From assembly GCF_964188315.1 (NCBI RefSeq), contig NC_135667.1, positions 26,598,001 to 26,662,000 of the forward strand: a stretch of 64,000 nt of DNA. The letters run 5' to 3'. The translations under genes were made by a program, and so were the position numbers. Under the pieces are notes generated by a model. The model was given only the letters and a program-made list of their open reading frames with translations, ran no database searches and was not told where the DNA came from. Of the stretch, positions 10,443-22,718 are shown in pieces. The number at the start of each line of letters is the position of its first letter. The stretch's first letter is position 1. This DNA is from Podarcis muralis. Taxonomy: Eukaryota.

Positions 10443-10684
10443 CAGTGGTACCTCGGGTTAAGTACTTAATTCATTCCGGAGGTCCATACTTAACCTGAAA
10501 CTGTTCTTAATCTGAAGCACCACTTTAGCTATTGGGCCCTCCTGCTGCTGACGCGCCGCCGGAGCACGATTTCTGTTCTCATCCTGAAGCAAAGTTCTTA
10601 ACCCGAGGTAATATTTCTGGGTTAGTGGAGTCTGTAACCTGAATCGTATGTAACCTGAAGCGTATGTAACCCGAGGTACCACTG
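10443..10684. mobile_element. Tc1/mariner-type MITE (~242 bp family)
   Basis: TIR cagtggtacctcggg / cccgaggtaccactg with TA TSD; four copies in the window. Confidence 0.9.
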
Positions 10685-10914
10685 TATTGGATATTTGTTA
10701 TGTGGAAAGAAAATCAATAAAAACTATTTTTTTAAAAAAATTCTTTTATTGATTACTCTACACAGGTGATCAATAGCTGTTTCCCACCCTACAAAAGGTT
10801 ATGAGTCCAGATGGTAATAGAACACAGAATATGGGATATCTGAAAAATTTTCAAACTTGTTGAAGTGATTTTTCAAGCAGAGGTGGACAGGAATATGCTT
10901 CCTTCCTAGTAGAC

Positions 10915-11035
10915 AAAAAGCCGTTGCAGCCTTGAATAATATTAGCTTTTTTTGCTGCTGCTGCATAAAACTGTTGACTCATGTCATAGGAGCTAACTCT
11001 AGGGGCTGAAGTCCTGTCACACAAACACCCCAATA
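10915..11035 (-). mobile_element. CR1 LINE ORF2 fragment
   Basis: Reverse complement atgagtcaacag..tgcagcagcaaaaaaagctaat resembles CR1 RT (MSQQ..AAAKKAN). Confidence 0.7.
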
Positions 11036-11570
11036 AAATATGTGATCCCGTAGAAGAAGGGCAGATGAAGATGATGGAGTTTATGGAGCTGGCTGATCTC
11101 ACCGGGAGAATCCGCGACCAGAAAGAAGAGGAACACCAAGAAGACGGGAAGAAATTCAAAGACTATTTGAATAAATATTGTAATATTAAAGATATGTAAC
11201 GACTTGAAAGAATTAATTAGGCCTAGGACTAAATTAGGATTAAGTAATTAAATAAGAAAAAGTATGATAAGAAAAGTTAGGAAATATGATTATGACTGTG
11301 ATATGGTTTTATGAAATGATATTGAAAACTGCTATATATAATTACTAAGAAACTCAGATGGAAGAGATTAGAGGAAGTCAAGTAATATGTTGATGAAGAT
11401 GGATTTTAATTAATTAATTAAGTTTTAATTTATGTGGTGATTGGATGTATTTTATGTTTTATATTCTTTCTTCTTCTTTTCTTTTCTTTTCATTTTATTT
11501 CCCCCCCTCTTATTATTGTTTATTCTCTCTTTTGTTATGTTTTTGTATGAAAATAAGAAATATTATTGTG
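11036..11570 (+). mobile_element. L1/Tx1-like LINE 3' end
   Basis: MEFMELADLTGRIRDQKEE...KKFKDYL-type ORF2 end followed by a T-rich 3' UTR. Confidence 0.55.
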
Positions 11571-11940
11571 GGGGGGGATATGTGAGCCCCAAAAATTAAT
11601 GGGCACTGCCATTCAAAAGGTGTGTGCATGTTGTATCATGTGATTGATGTGGGGTGGGGCTTACGTGCCTTGCCCCCACAATACCTTATTCAAGTTGGAA
11701 CCCCTGACTCATGTGGAGTGAAGGAAATAAATATGGGTAAAATTAACTGGAGTATCTCTTTTTTTACTTCTGCCAATACAGAGAACAGTAAGAGAGAGAA
11801 GGATGTGATCCACAGAGAAAATGGCAAATCACACTGGTTGGCCAGAAATGACCTTTTATCAGTTGGTACTCCATGGAATGTTTCTATATGTAAACAGTGA
11901 AATACACATATATACCACAAATACCTGTGAGTGTATCCTT

Positions 11941-11964
11941 CTGAGTTTGATTAGACTCCTGGGA
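11941..11964. promoter_or_regulatory. Homeodomain core plus O/E-like site, putative OR D promoter
   Basis: ctgagtttgattagactcctggga is the reverse complement of the motif at 7304, 24666 and 31764. Confidence 0.6.
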
Positions 11965-12104
11965 GTGGTGGAAATAAATATTCATTGCAGCTTCTCCTTT
12001 ACATTTCTGCCAGTACAGAGAACAGCATCACCTCTCAAACGGCTGTGGAGAGAGAAGGATGTGATACATTGAAAGGGCAAATCACATCGGCTGCCCAGGA
12101 AAAA

Positions 12105-12182
12105 ATGCCACAGATCTTAATCAGGTATGAAAATGAAGCAGATAAAATTACCCAAGATCTGCCCCTGAACAGCATGGTAAGT
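12105..12182 (+). promoter_or_regulatory. Putative upstream exon end and splice donor of OR D (ATG|GTAAGT, intron 12177-14584)
   Basis: Strong donor; open frame MPQILIRYENEADKITQDLPLNSM would join the OR frame after splicing. Confidence 0.65.
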
Positions 12183-13003
12183 CAATTGCATGGGATACTT
12201 TTCCATTATTGGTGACCTACATAATAGAAATAAAGTTTTATCACAAGTTATTTATGGATTCTCTAGTCCAGAGTCTGCAAAGGTTAGGTGTGCAGAAGAG
12301 TCACCATGTCACCAAGAATGATACAATTTCATTCAATAAAGAGAATATTCTTGCCTGCACATAGAAGAGAACAGGCCAGAGTAAGTCCCTCTTTGGTTAT
12401 GGATGTTGGAAACATGGCATGGACAAAGACGGTTAAAGTTGACAGACGGGGTTACTTGGATTATGTTGGAAATTGATGTCTGCTTTGTATTCTTTCTATT
12501 CAGGTTTGGGAAGGCATGATTCTAGGCTTCCTGTTAGCAGAATGAGCAGAAGCACACATGCACACACTGGAAGAAGAAAATGGGGCACCTATCCCATGAA
12601 GTCCCACTTTGCTTGTGCATCTCAGAAACCTGATTTGGACAAAGATTGATGATCATTGGGGTTACTTGGATCATTTTGAGAACTGATGCCTGCTTTTCAT
12701 TCTTGCCTCTGGGAGTGAAAGGACCAGTGGTGGATTCGTATCAGGTCTGGGGGTAAGAATTTCAGACCTCCACTTAGATTAAGCAATAGCAAGACATTCA
12801 TACACCAAAAAAACTGGGACAGTACTGCTCTTGAAGATAAATAAAGTCAATGGTCCCCTAGTTTCTCTTCAAGCCTCTCAGATATTTCTCCTGGAAGGTA
12901 GATTGCAGGTTCATTTTCTGAAGTTCAATTTAGTGAAATTTTGGCGGCAGCTTTGAATTTCAAGGTGCTATAAATAGTATGTTAAGCCCTTTACAGCTTA
13001 GAA

Positions 13004-14014
13004 CTTGGATAGGAAAACTAAGGCCCAGGGGCTGGATCCGGCACAGTTGCCTTCTAAATCTGGCCTGCAGCTGGTCCGGGAATCAGTGTGTTTTTACATG
13101 AGTAGAATGTGTCCTTTAATTTAAAATGTACCTCTGGGTTATTTGTGGGGCCTGCCTGGTGTTTTTACATGAGTAGAATGTGTGCTTTTATTTTAAATGC
13201 ATCTCTAGGTTATTTGTGGGGCATTCGTTCTTTTTTTCTTTTTTTCAAAATATGGTCTAGGTCAGTGTTTCCCAACCGGTGTTCCGCGGCACACGAGTGT
13301 GCCGTGAGACGTTGCCTCGTGTGCCGCGAGATGCCTGGAGGGAGGCGGGCGAGTCGGGCGGCGAGAGGCGGGGCGGCGGCGGCGAGGAGAGGCCGCGCCT
13401 CCTGCTGTTGCCTGGCGCTCCTCCTCGCAGCCAGAAGCGCTGCCTGGGCGCCTCCGCGCGACTCTGCCTCGCTGGGTTTGGTCTCCCAGCAGAGACGGGT
13501 CACACGCGCCCCTCCCTCCCTCCCTCAGCCTGCGCGGAGGGAAAGCCAGAGAGAGGCATCGCTCCTGCGCGGCGGGAGAGGGAGCAGCCGGAGCGATGCC
13601 CCAAACGAACGCATGGGACCGGAGGGGAAATCCTCTCCGAGGCGGATTGAGCGCAGCTGAGAGAAGCCTTTCGAGGAGCTGCCGTGTCCCCTGGAAACCC
13701 CCTTCCCAGCTCTGCCTCAGCCGCCGCCGCCTCAGTTGCCGCCGTCCCTCAGTCCCTCGCTCTGCTGCCTCCTCCCACCCCCAAAGCTTGGAGGTTCCCC
13801 AGCAAGGGGGAGGGAAAAAACTTTCACTTTTGTGCGTCCCTCCCGGCGTGACGCTGCGCGCTGACGTCACGGGGCGGGGCTTTAATGGTGGTGTGCCGCG
13901 AGATTTTTTTTTTAGTAAACAGGTGTGCCGTTGCCCAAAAACATTTGGGAAACACTGGTCTAGGTCTGAGGGACAGTGGACTGGCCCCCTGTTGAAAAAG
14001 TTTGCTGACCCCTG
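13004..14014. mobile_element. hAT non-autonomous element (outer), split by a nested hAT MITE
   Basis: Ends aaaaagtttgctgacccctg; degenerate 8-bp flanks gcttagaa / gtttagag. Confidence 0.7.
13263..13957. mobile_element. GC/CpG-rich hAT MITE (inner)
   Basis: 13-bp TIR cagtgtttcccaa / ttgggaaacactg and perfect 8-bp TSD gtctaggt at 13255-13262 and 13958-13965. Confidence 0.92.
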
Positions 14015-14602
14015 GTTTAGAGCTTGTTTATTTGTTTACCAATACATGCCCACTCAACTATTTCAGTATGCAGAATTGGCCGTGTTACAGGTGACACATA
14101 ATATTCAATCTACACTTACAAAAACTGACTTTTACTGTGGTAGCCCCTACAGTTCTTTATTACATTAAGTTTCTATGTCCAAGAATCACTGGGCAGTTAT
14201 TAATTCCCTGCCTAATGACATAATTCTGGACAAGAGCCCTCAGTGGACTATTTTAAATGGCTTTTAAAACCATTTTATTTCAATGAAATATGCCTAGACT
14301 TGCTGTTTTAATGTTATATTTTGTAGATAAAAAAAGTTATTTTTGATGATTTTATCAGTGTTCCTTGAAAAAAGTATTTCACTATATTTCATACTGACTG
14401 CTTTACTATTTTGCAATTTAATGCCATTTAATTTTCTTTAAAACTAAAAAACCCCCGAACAATTGTTTATTAAACAATCAATTGTTTATTGCTTACTTAA
14501 GTCAATCCACACGATCATATTGGGGAACATGCATCAAAGCATTCTCCGCCTCCTTTCTAAAATAGCTTTGTCTTCTCCTTGCAGGTACCACACACTCACA
14601 CA

Positions 14603-15565
14603 ATGTTCAACCAGTCTTCAGGATTGGAGGAATTCATTCTGCATGGATTCTCTGATACTCAGGGATCAGAGATATATCAGTTCATTATATTTTTGATCAT
14701 ATATCTGATCGCTGTCACTGAAAACCTCATCATCATCACAGTCATCTCTTACAGTGCTCAGCTTCACAAACCCATGTACTTCTTTCTAGCCAATCTGGCA
14801 TTCCAAGACTTTGGCTCCATATCTGTCACAGTCCCCAAATCCATGGCAAATGCCCTGATGAACAGCAAGACCATTTCTTACAATGGATGCATCTGTCAGG
14901 TTTTCTTCTTTGTCCTTTTCTCTGGATCTCATTTTTACCTCCTTGGAATTATGGCATATGACCGCTACATTGCCATCTGCTGCCCGCTGCACTATGAGAC
15001 TGTCATGAATAGAAAGGCATGTATCCAAATGGCAATCGGTGCATGGATTGCTGGCCTTCTGTATTCTGCATCATACGCTGTTAGTACATTCACAATAGAG
15101 TTTTGTTCCAACAACATCAATCAGTTCTTCTGTGAAATTCCACAGTTAATCAAAATTGCTTGCTCTGAATCATATCTCATTGTATTTTGGAATACTTGTG
15201 TTATTGCTTCTCTGTCCTCCATTTATATTGTTCTAATAGTGTATTCTTATGTTCAGATCTTCAGGGCAGTTCTAAGAATTCCTTCTGCCCAGGGAAAGGA
15301 AAAAGCCTTCTCAACTTGCTTGCCACACCTTGTTGTAATATCATTATATTTTCTCATTGGTACATTAGCATATTTAAAGCCAATTTCTAAGTCTCTATCA
15401 TCAATAGATCTTGTACTTTCAGTGTTTTATTGCATGTTGCCACCAGTCATGAATCCCCTAATCTATAGCATTAGGAATAGGGAACTGAAATTGGCATTAT
15501 GGAAGCTTATTTCCAACGTTTTTGCTCATTTTTTCCCACAATCATCAATGCTTTTAAGGAAATAA
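14603..15565 (+). CDS. Olfactory receptor, OR14-like, gene D (320 aa from ATG)
   Basis: All OR motifs intact; acceptor tcttctccttgcag ends at 14584; the only + strand intact OR. Confidence 0.95.
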   Translation: MFNQSSGLEEFILHGFSDTQGSEIYQFIIFLIIYLIAVTENLIIITVISYSAQLHKPMYFFLANLAFQDFGSISVTVPKSMANALMNSKTISYNGCICQVFFFVLFSGSHFYLLGIMAYDRYIAICCPLHYETVMNRKACIQMAIGAWIAGLLYSASYAVSTFTIEFCSNNINQFFCEIPQLIKIACSESYLIVFWNTCVIASLSSIYIVLIVYSYVQIFRAVLRIPSAQGKEKAFSTCLPHLVVISLYFLIGTLAYLKPISKSLSSIDLVLSVFYCMLPPVMNPLIYSIRNRELKLALWKLISNVFAHFFPQSSMLLRK

Positions 15566-17259
15566 TAATGCAATTTTTCTCTTTTTAATTACCACTATGA
15601 AATCTTATGTCCTTACAAGAAAATACAGTATAAACCTTTAGCAACTTACATGCTAGTTTATCTCTATTTTATTATCTTCCAGTGAATCTCTTAACTTTCT
15701 TGTATTCTGAAACATATATTTAAAGTTTCTAAACTTCCAATTTTTCACTTTACACCAGTTTTCCCATATACATTTTTAAAGCACCCACCATCTGAAATCA
15801 TTTTCTCCAAATTAATATAAATGTTTAGAAAACACAGAAAGCAATTAGGAACGATGTCATGTTCTTCCAGATAATCTCTTTTTCCTAGCCACTTAAAGAA
15901 AATGTGGTTGTTTCGAATCTTCAAAATATAATGTAGGTTTCTGGCCACGCCCACGATCAATGGTGGTTGTTCGTCATAGCCCTGCAGGGGCTGCAGGAAA
16001 GTTCAGGCAGGGGAAAGAGAGGATTTATGAGACATCAATTCTTGCAATGCTCCCCAGTGGTGTCTGGGGAGTTCACTGCTACCCTTTGTGCCGCTCAAGC
16101 CCATGTCTGCCAAATTGAAAGGCAGAACAAGTGCGACCTGGGAGTGTGTCCCTGCCATGGACGAGCCTCCATTTCTGGCATGATTTGTGTTGGGTTCCTC
16201 CTTAATCTGGAATATTAACGTTAATCAGGAGGCTCCTGGAACAGCATAAGATAATGGGCTGCAATCAATCAGCTGCTAAAAAGACTGGGTCTGGTTCTTT
16301 GAAGGCATTTGAATGTTTGCTTTTCCCCCTGAAGCTTGAGAATCCTCCCACAGCTGGAAACAGAAGCAGGAGGAGAAGCTGCTCTGTGCTTTCATATGGT
16401 TTTCAAATGGTCTCCTTTTCCGCCTTGTTTTCCCCTGCAAAATGAAAGAGACGTGTGTAGCCATGGTGATGTGATTCTGTCTGTCACCATGGAAAGAGGT
16501 GGGAGGCTTTTGATTTATGCTCAACAAGGAATGTAACAAGATTTTATTATGCCCTCCCCCCTTGATCAATGTTGTGTGGACTTTATTTAAAATTATCTTT
16601 GGACTGGACCAGGAGTGTGAGGGAGCATTGCAGAGCAAGTCGAATGAATGGCTGCTGAAAGATCTGTCGAGAGGTTGAATTTGAGAAAGGAGTCTGTTTT
16701 TGGCTGTGCACTGAGGAAGAACTCCAGAGCCGAATTTTAATGGTGGAGACTGGACTTTGTGAGTTGTTTATTCCCGCAGCCTGTACGCTGGCTGGTGAAC
16801 AGTGAAAGGAATGGAATGTGACCTTGTAACATCTAGATAAACACTGCAAGAACTGAATGAAGGAAGAGAGTAATTAACTCTCCCAGGACACCAGGTCTGA
16901 AACATCAATGTATATGATGTGAAATGGATTTTATATTTACATATTTTATATTTATAAGACCTAACAGAGGTGTTGTTTGTAAGGAGAAGAATATGATCAG
17001 CTGTGAGAATGGACTAACAACAAGTGAAGGAACAAGTGGACAACAAAGAAGAGATGATGTGGCAACAGGAGGAAATGATTGACATATGTTAGCAACACAA
17101 GCAGGAAACCTGATTTTTTAAAAAAGAAATTGTATTAAATTAAAGTAATTTGGTTTGATTTGCAATAATTTGGAAAACTAATAAAAATAATTAAAAAAAC
17201 AAACTTCAAAATATAGTGTATACTTCCTGTAATAGAATTTTAAGATGTCTTGGCCTGTA

Positions 17260-17517
17260 CAGTGGTACCTCTGGATGCAAACAGGATCAGTTCCGGAGCC
17301 CCGTTCGCATCCTGAAGTGAACGCAATGCGTCCATGCATCTGCGCATGCGTGGGTCACGATCTGCTGCTTCTACGCATGCGTGTGATGTCATTTTGACCG
17401 TCTGCACATGCGTGAGCGGCAAAATCCGGAAGTAATGCACTCCATTACTTCCAGCTCACCGCAGCACGCAACCTGAAAATACTCATCCCAAAGCTACTTT
17501 AACCCGAGGTATGAAAG
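17260..17517. mobile_element. Tc1/mariner-type MITE
   Basis: TA-cagtggtacctc...gaggtatgaaag-TA. Confidence 0.75.
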
Positions 17518-17682
17518 TATTGACCACTTAGCTTTTGCTTAACGGTTGCCATCAATTTGATTTTAATTAATTTTTATAATGAAATATTTTTAGAATGTTG
17601 GATTATTTGATTGTTTGATTATTTGATTGTTGTTAGCCGCCCTGAGCCCGGCTTCGGCTGGAGAGGGCGGGATATAAATAAA

Positions 17683-17729
<47 letters not shown>

Positions 17730-18623
17730 GCTGTGGTTTACTTAGGTGTTCTACTGAGTCACAACAGGAAAAAGCTTGGTGTAATCTGTTGCCATGTGTT
17801 AAATGTGTTTACAGATGGCAGCTATGTGCTGCCACCTGGCAGTTTGAGTGTTGGGTCATGCTGCCACTACCACTACTGCATAGGGAGATAAACCTGTCTC
17901 TTTTTGCTCTTTTACTTCTGTTTTTGTTTGCCTCATCGTGTTGTTTGTTGCTTTCTAATTCGTGATAATTCACGAATTAAGAACAACATCAACAACCTCA
18001 GATATTTTCCCACAGGAGATACTATGCAGAATATGCTGCTCTGTAACATTTAGCAGGGAATGGAGCAAGGGGTTATGTGTAGGCAGCATGTTGGCATTAT
18101 AATGCTGTTCTTATTTATCTTTGTTGTCTGCAGCTCTTGGGACACACAATTGAAAGTTGAGTTCTTTCTTGGCAAAACACTCAATTGCATTAGCTCCTAA
18201 GGTGTGAGAATCACATGTGCCACCCCTGCTAAATAGCTAGATGGGCATCTCCTTCTTCACACCTGTGCTCCATCCCAGAAGTTGGAACAACGGCATGCCA
18301 TGCCCACATCTACTCCAGCACATTTAAACCCCCTCTTCTGGCGTGGTGCATGCAAGAGACTGGCAATTTCACTTGTGTGCATTTCCAGCTGATCCTCTCA
18401 GCCCGACTCTCTCTGGCACTGTGTCATCCACCTCTTGCCCTACCTCCGCTTCTCCTATCTCTAACTGCACAGCCTCTACCTCTTTCCCCTGCTTTGCAAG
18501 TTGCACAGACCCCCACAAATCACTGGTCCCTTCCCCTGAAAAGTCTCCTGAGCCTCTGCCACCTCTGCCCACCCTTCAGACTCTTGCCTTTCCCTCCTGT
18601 CCAACAATGAAGATAAAGGTAAA

Positions 18624-19011
18624 GGGATGCAGGTGGTGCTGTGGTCTAAACCATGGAGCCTCTTGAGCTTGCCAATTGGAAGGTCAGCGGTTCGAAACTG
18701 TGTGACGGGGTAACCCCCCTTTGCTCTGTCCCAGCTCCTGCCAACTTAGCAGTTCGAAAGCATACCAGTGCAAGTAGATAAATAGGTACTGCTGTGGCGG
18801 GAAGGTAAACAGTGTTTCAATGCGCTCTGGCACTCGCCATGGTATCCCATTGTTCCAGAAGCAGTTTAGCCATGCTGGCCACATGACCTGGAAAGCTGTC
18901 TGTGGACAAATGCTGGCTCCCTCGGCCTGAAAGTGAGATGAGCGCCGCAACTCTATAGTCACCTTTGACTGGACTTAACCATCATGGGGTCCTTGACCTT
19001 GACCTTTTACC
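18624..19011 (+). mobile_element. Sauria SINE (duplicate of 1238-1625)
   Basis: No difference seen from 1238-1625. Confidence 0.9.
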
Positions 19012-19600
19012 TCCAGCAATGACTCACCTGAATGGAGGTTATGTAAGCTTCTCCACTACACTGCACCATGTCATCTGCTACTGCTATTAAGAGTAGCAGT
19101 AAAAAGAGTAGCAGTAAAACTTTAAAAGTATCCCTGAATGGTCAAAACTAATCCCAAATTAATTTCCAAAAGCCTATACAGAAAACAGACAGCAAAACTA
19201 GGAGCCTGTGAAATTCATCAAGCAATATGCGTGTGTGTGTGAGCATGCACGCACACCCAAAGCAATAATGCAATATGATTACAAATAAGGAGTATTAAGG
19301 TTCCAAGATACAACAAAGACACTAGTGGGTTTCTGTGTGAGATAATGAGGGAGTCCGGTGCGCTTCTGCTGCCACTCAGCTTGCCAGACTTGTTGCAGAG
19401 TAAAACACAGTGTGTGCTCTGTGTGCAAGCATGCAGAAAAGAGAGTCTGTACTCAGCTTCTTCACTAATCTAATGAAGCTTTATTTGTACAGCAGCGATA
19501 AATCAACATCTCCAGGAGACGGCATAATTCCTCCCTTCTCCGTCAAAACCGAAACTAGGCTGAACACAAAGAACAGATTTCAAGATGAGGGAACCACACA

Positions 19601-19642
<42 letters not shown>

Positions 19643-20336
19643 AGTGGGCTTCACGCATACCCTGTGCCGTTTAACCCTATAAGCTGGGATTCTCCTCACA
19701 CTCTGCCCCTCCCTTTTGTTGTCCCTCAGACGGGAAAGGGAGCAAGGAAGATAGACATAATTTGGTGTTTTGCTAATTAAAGGAGGGCCTGGGGTGATTA
19801 GGAAGAGGAAAGAGAAAGACTCCAGCAAAGAGTTCCATTCTGAAGAGCTTAAAACATCAAACAGTGCAAGAAGGGTAGAAAGAGAGAATGGAAAGGAGGA
19901 AGGGAAATCCAGTGCAGGGCAATGTGTTTCTGTGGTAGGGAGTTAAAGAAGCAAGGGGAAGGATGGAGAAATGTTGCTAGTTCTCTGCAGAATTCAGAGA
20001 TTCTGGTATTGAAGGAATGGGTTGCCTCTAAAGTAAAAAAAACTGGACTTGGTGGGTGGTTTGTAGTTCATGTTCCCCAAAATGTTTGCAACTCTGTGAA
20101 TCCAGAAAGTCCACTTTGCATGGGGCCATCTCCACTAACTCAAATTAGTCTGAGGACAATCACATTCAGTCAATGAAGGAAGTGTTCTGCTTGCGGAAAT
20201 CTGCTGAATAGAGATTTATTAGGCCAATGTGGGCCCACATCTGCAAAGTCACACATACAATCAAGCTGAAAGCATAGTTATGACTTGCCATGGACCTGGC
20301 ACAATTCAGCAGAATCAACATAAATATATGTGTGAA

Positions 20337-20387
<51 letters not shown>

Positions 20388-20685
20388 TTATTTATACCCC
20401 GCCCTCCCCAGCCAAGGCCGGGCTCAGGGCGGCTAACAAGCAATAATAAAAACAAGTTGAATAACTAAAATGTTTCAACTCTGTTATAGAGCATAAAAAT
20501 GATAAGATCCATTGTTGAACCTATATAACAGTTTATGAATTGTTATAAATTAGCATGTGTGTTCTCCAATATCTGCGTCAGACATGAAAATAGTGATTTC
20601 AAAATCATTAGATTTTATCTTTATTATAAATGATTTAAAATATTTTCAATTGTTTTACTATTTTTGCGCAGAAAGAGAAACGTAA

Positions 20686-21645
20686 TCAATGCTGTAGACG
20701 TTGCAAATTGGGGAAGAATAGGGTGAATAGATTTGCCGTCATCTTCCACAATGCTGATTTCAGTTGCCTATTCCGTATACTATAGATTATTGGGTTCATA
20801 ACTGGAGGAAACATGCAATAGAACATAGAAAGCACAAGATCCATGACTGATGGGGACCCAGAAGTTGGCTTTAGATAGGCAAATGAACCACTGGCAAGAA
20901 ATAAGGATATTACAATAAGATGTGGCAAGCAAGTTGAGAAGGCTTTTTCCTTCCCCTGGGCAGAAGGAATTCTTAGAACTGCCCTGAAGATCTGAACATA
21001 AGAATAAACTATCAGAGCAACATAAGTAATGGCTAGAAATATACCAACACAAATAACCCGAAATGTGATGATATATGAATCAGAACAAGCAATTTTAAAT
21101 AACTGTGGGATTTCACAGAAGAACTGGTTGATTTCATTGGAACAGAACTCAAGTGTGAATGTGCTTCCAGTGTATATTGTAGAATACAGAAGCCCACCAA
21201 CCCATGCACAGATTGCCAGTTGGACGCATGTCTTTCTATTCATGATAGTCTCATAGTGCAGTGGACAGCAGATGGCAATGTAGCGGTCATATGCCATAAT
21301 ACCAAGGATGAACAAGTGAGATCCAATAAAAAGAATGAGAAAGAAAACCTGGCAGATGCATCCACTGTATGAAATAGTCTTGGTGTTCATCAGGGAATTT
21401 GACAAGGATTTGGGGACTGTGACAGATATTGAGCCAATGTCTTGGAATGCAAGATTGGCCAAAAAAAAGTACATGGGTTTGTGAAGCTGAGGACTGCAAG
21501 AGATGACTGTGATGATGAGAAGGTTTTCAATGAGAGCCAACAAATAAATAAGCAGAAAAGCAATGAAACGGAATGTCTCCATCTCCTGAGTATCAGAGAA
21601 TCCATGCAAAATGAATTCCATCAGTCCTGATGATTGGTTGAACAT
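20686..21645 (-). CDS. Olfactory receptor, OR14-like, gene B (319 aa), near-identical to A except TM5
   Basis: Intact OR motifs; acceptor AG at 21664-21665. Confidence 0.95.
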   Translation of the reverse strand: MFNQSSGLMEFILHGFSDTQEMETFRFIAFLLIYLLALIENLLIITVISCSPQLHKPMYFFLANLAFQDIGSISVTVPKSLSNSLMNTKTISYSGCICQVFFLILFIGSHLFILGIMAYDRYIAICCPLHYETIMNRKTCVQLAICAWVGGLLYSTIYTGSTFTLEFCSNEINQFFCEIPQLFKIACSDSYIITFRVICVGIFLAITYVALIVYSYVQIFRAVLRIPSAQGKEKAFSTCLPHLIVISLFLASGSFAYLKPTSGSPSVMDLVLSMFYCMFPPVMNPIIYSIRNRQLKSALWKMTANLFTLFFPNLQRLQH

Positions 21646-22525
21646 TGTGTAGGTATTTGGTACCTGCAAAGAGAAAACAAACCCATTTTAGAAAGGAGAA
21701 GAGTGTCAGAGGCTTTCATGCAGGTTCCCCATGTGATCAAATAGATTGACCTAGGTAAGCCAGAAACCATTGCTCTTTCAATAAACATTTGTTTGTTGTT
21801 CATCTTAAAATTAAAAAGTATACACCTTTAAAAATGTGAAATCTCTAGTATTACATATTATAAAAATATTTCATATTGTTCAATGTTTCGTATAGATTAT
21901 ATAAAGAGTTTATATTGATATTGCATTATTGTACTTGGTCATCGTGTTGCCTTGGATATTACTGATGACTGTTGGAAAGAAACAGAGGAACTGAGGTGAG
22001 AGGGAATAGAAGGCAGCTGCTGCTTCCCTGAGCAGAAACCCTCCACAAGCCATCTTGTTGCAGGACTTTACCTGCTGAATACAGTGCCCAAAACATTCAA
22101 ACATTATTCTCAAGACATTTAACTGAATCAGATTGTTTGTCTCAGGCTTCAGTGAGCGTTTCCTGCAACAACCATTCAGTAGAGATGGTCTAAGTTAACC
22201 AGTCTAACACTACAAAAGTGGCAACTAATCATTCTGTTTCTGCCACTGGAGCATTGTTCTACTTTGGTGCAGCTTCGAGTGCGGATGACATCTGAAATCA
22301 TTCCTCCCAGTATAATGCAGTTAGAAAATCTGCAACTCCACTAAGTGTCTTAAGGGGTGGAGCTCTTGATATGGTATATTGACCTCTAAGAGTGGTGCAT
22401 CAGTCCTGGCTGGGGTGCTGGTTTTGGGGGGAGGGAGGGTGCTTATGCTGAGTGGAAGCATGAAATTCTGACCTGAAAACCTGCTTGTTTAGTAGTACTG
22501 TCCTTTTCCACTGCCAGAAGTGTGT

Positions 22526-22574
<49 letters not shown>

Positions 22575-22718
22575 GCAGGCATTAATTCTCATCATAATCC
22601 AAAAGACCACGATGATCCCCATCATTCAATGATGCCTTTTCCCATGTCACGGGTTTCCAGCATGCACCAGCAAAGAGAATCTGCAGCTGACACATTCTCT
22701 TCAGTGCCTCATGCAAAT

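Noticed and set aside
13109-14168. Several 100-200 aa overlapping ORFs on both strands
   Set aside because: Expected from stop-poor GC-rich MITE sequence; Arg/Ala/Gly-rich with no domain
15932-16831. Possible solo LTR (tgtagg...gtaaca)
   Set aside because: No TSD, no second copy, and no adjacent PBS or purine tract to support it
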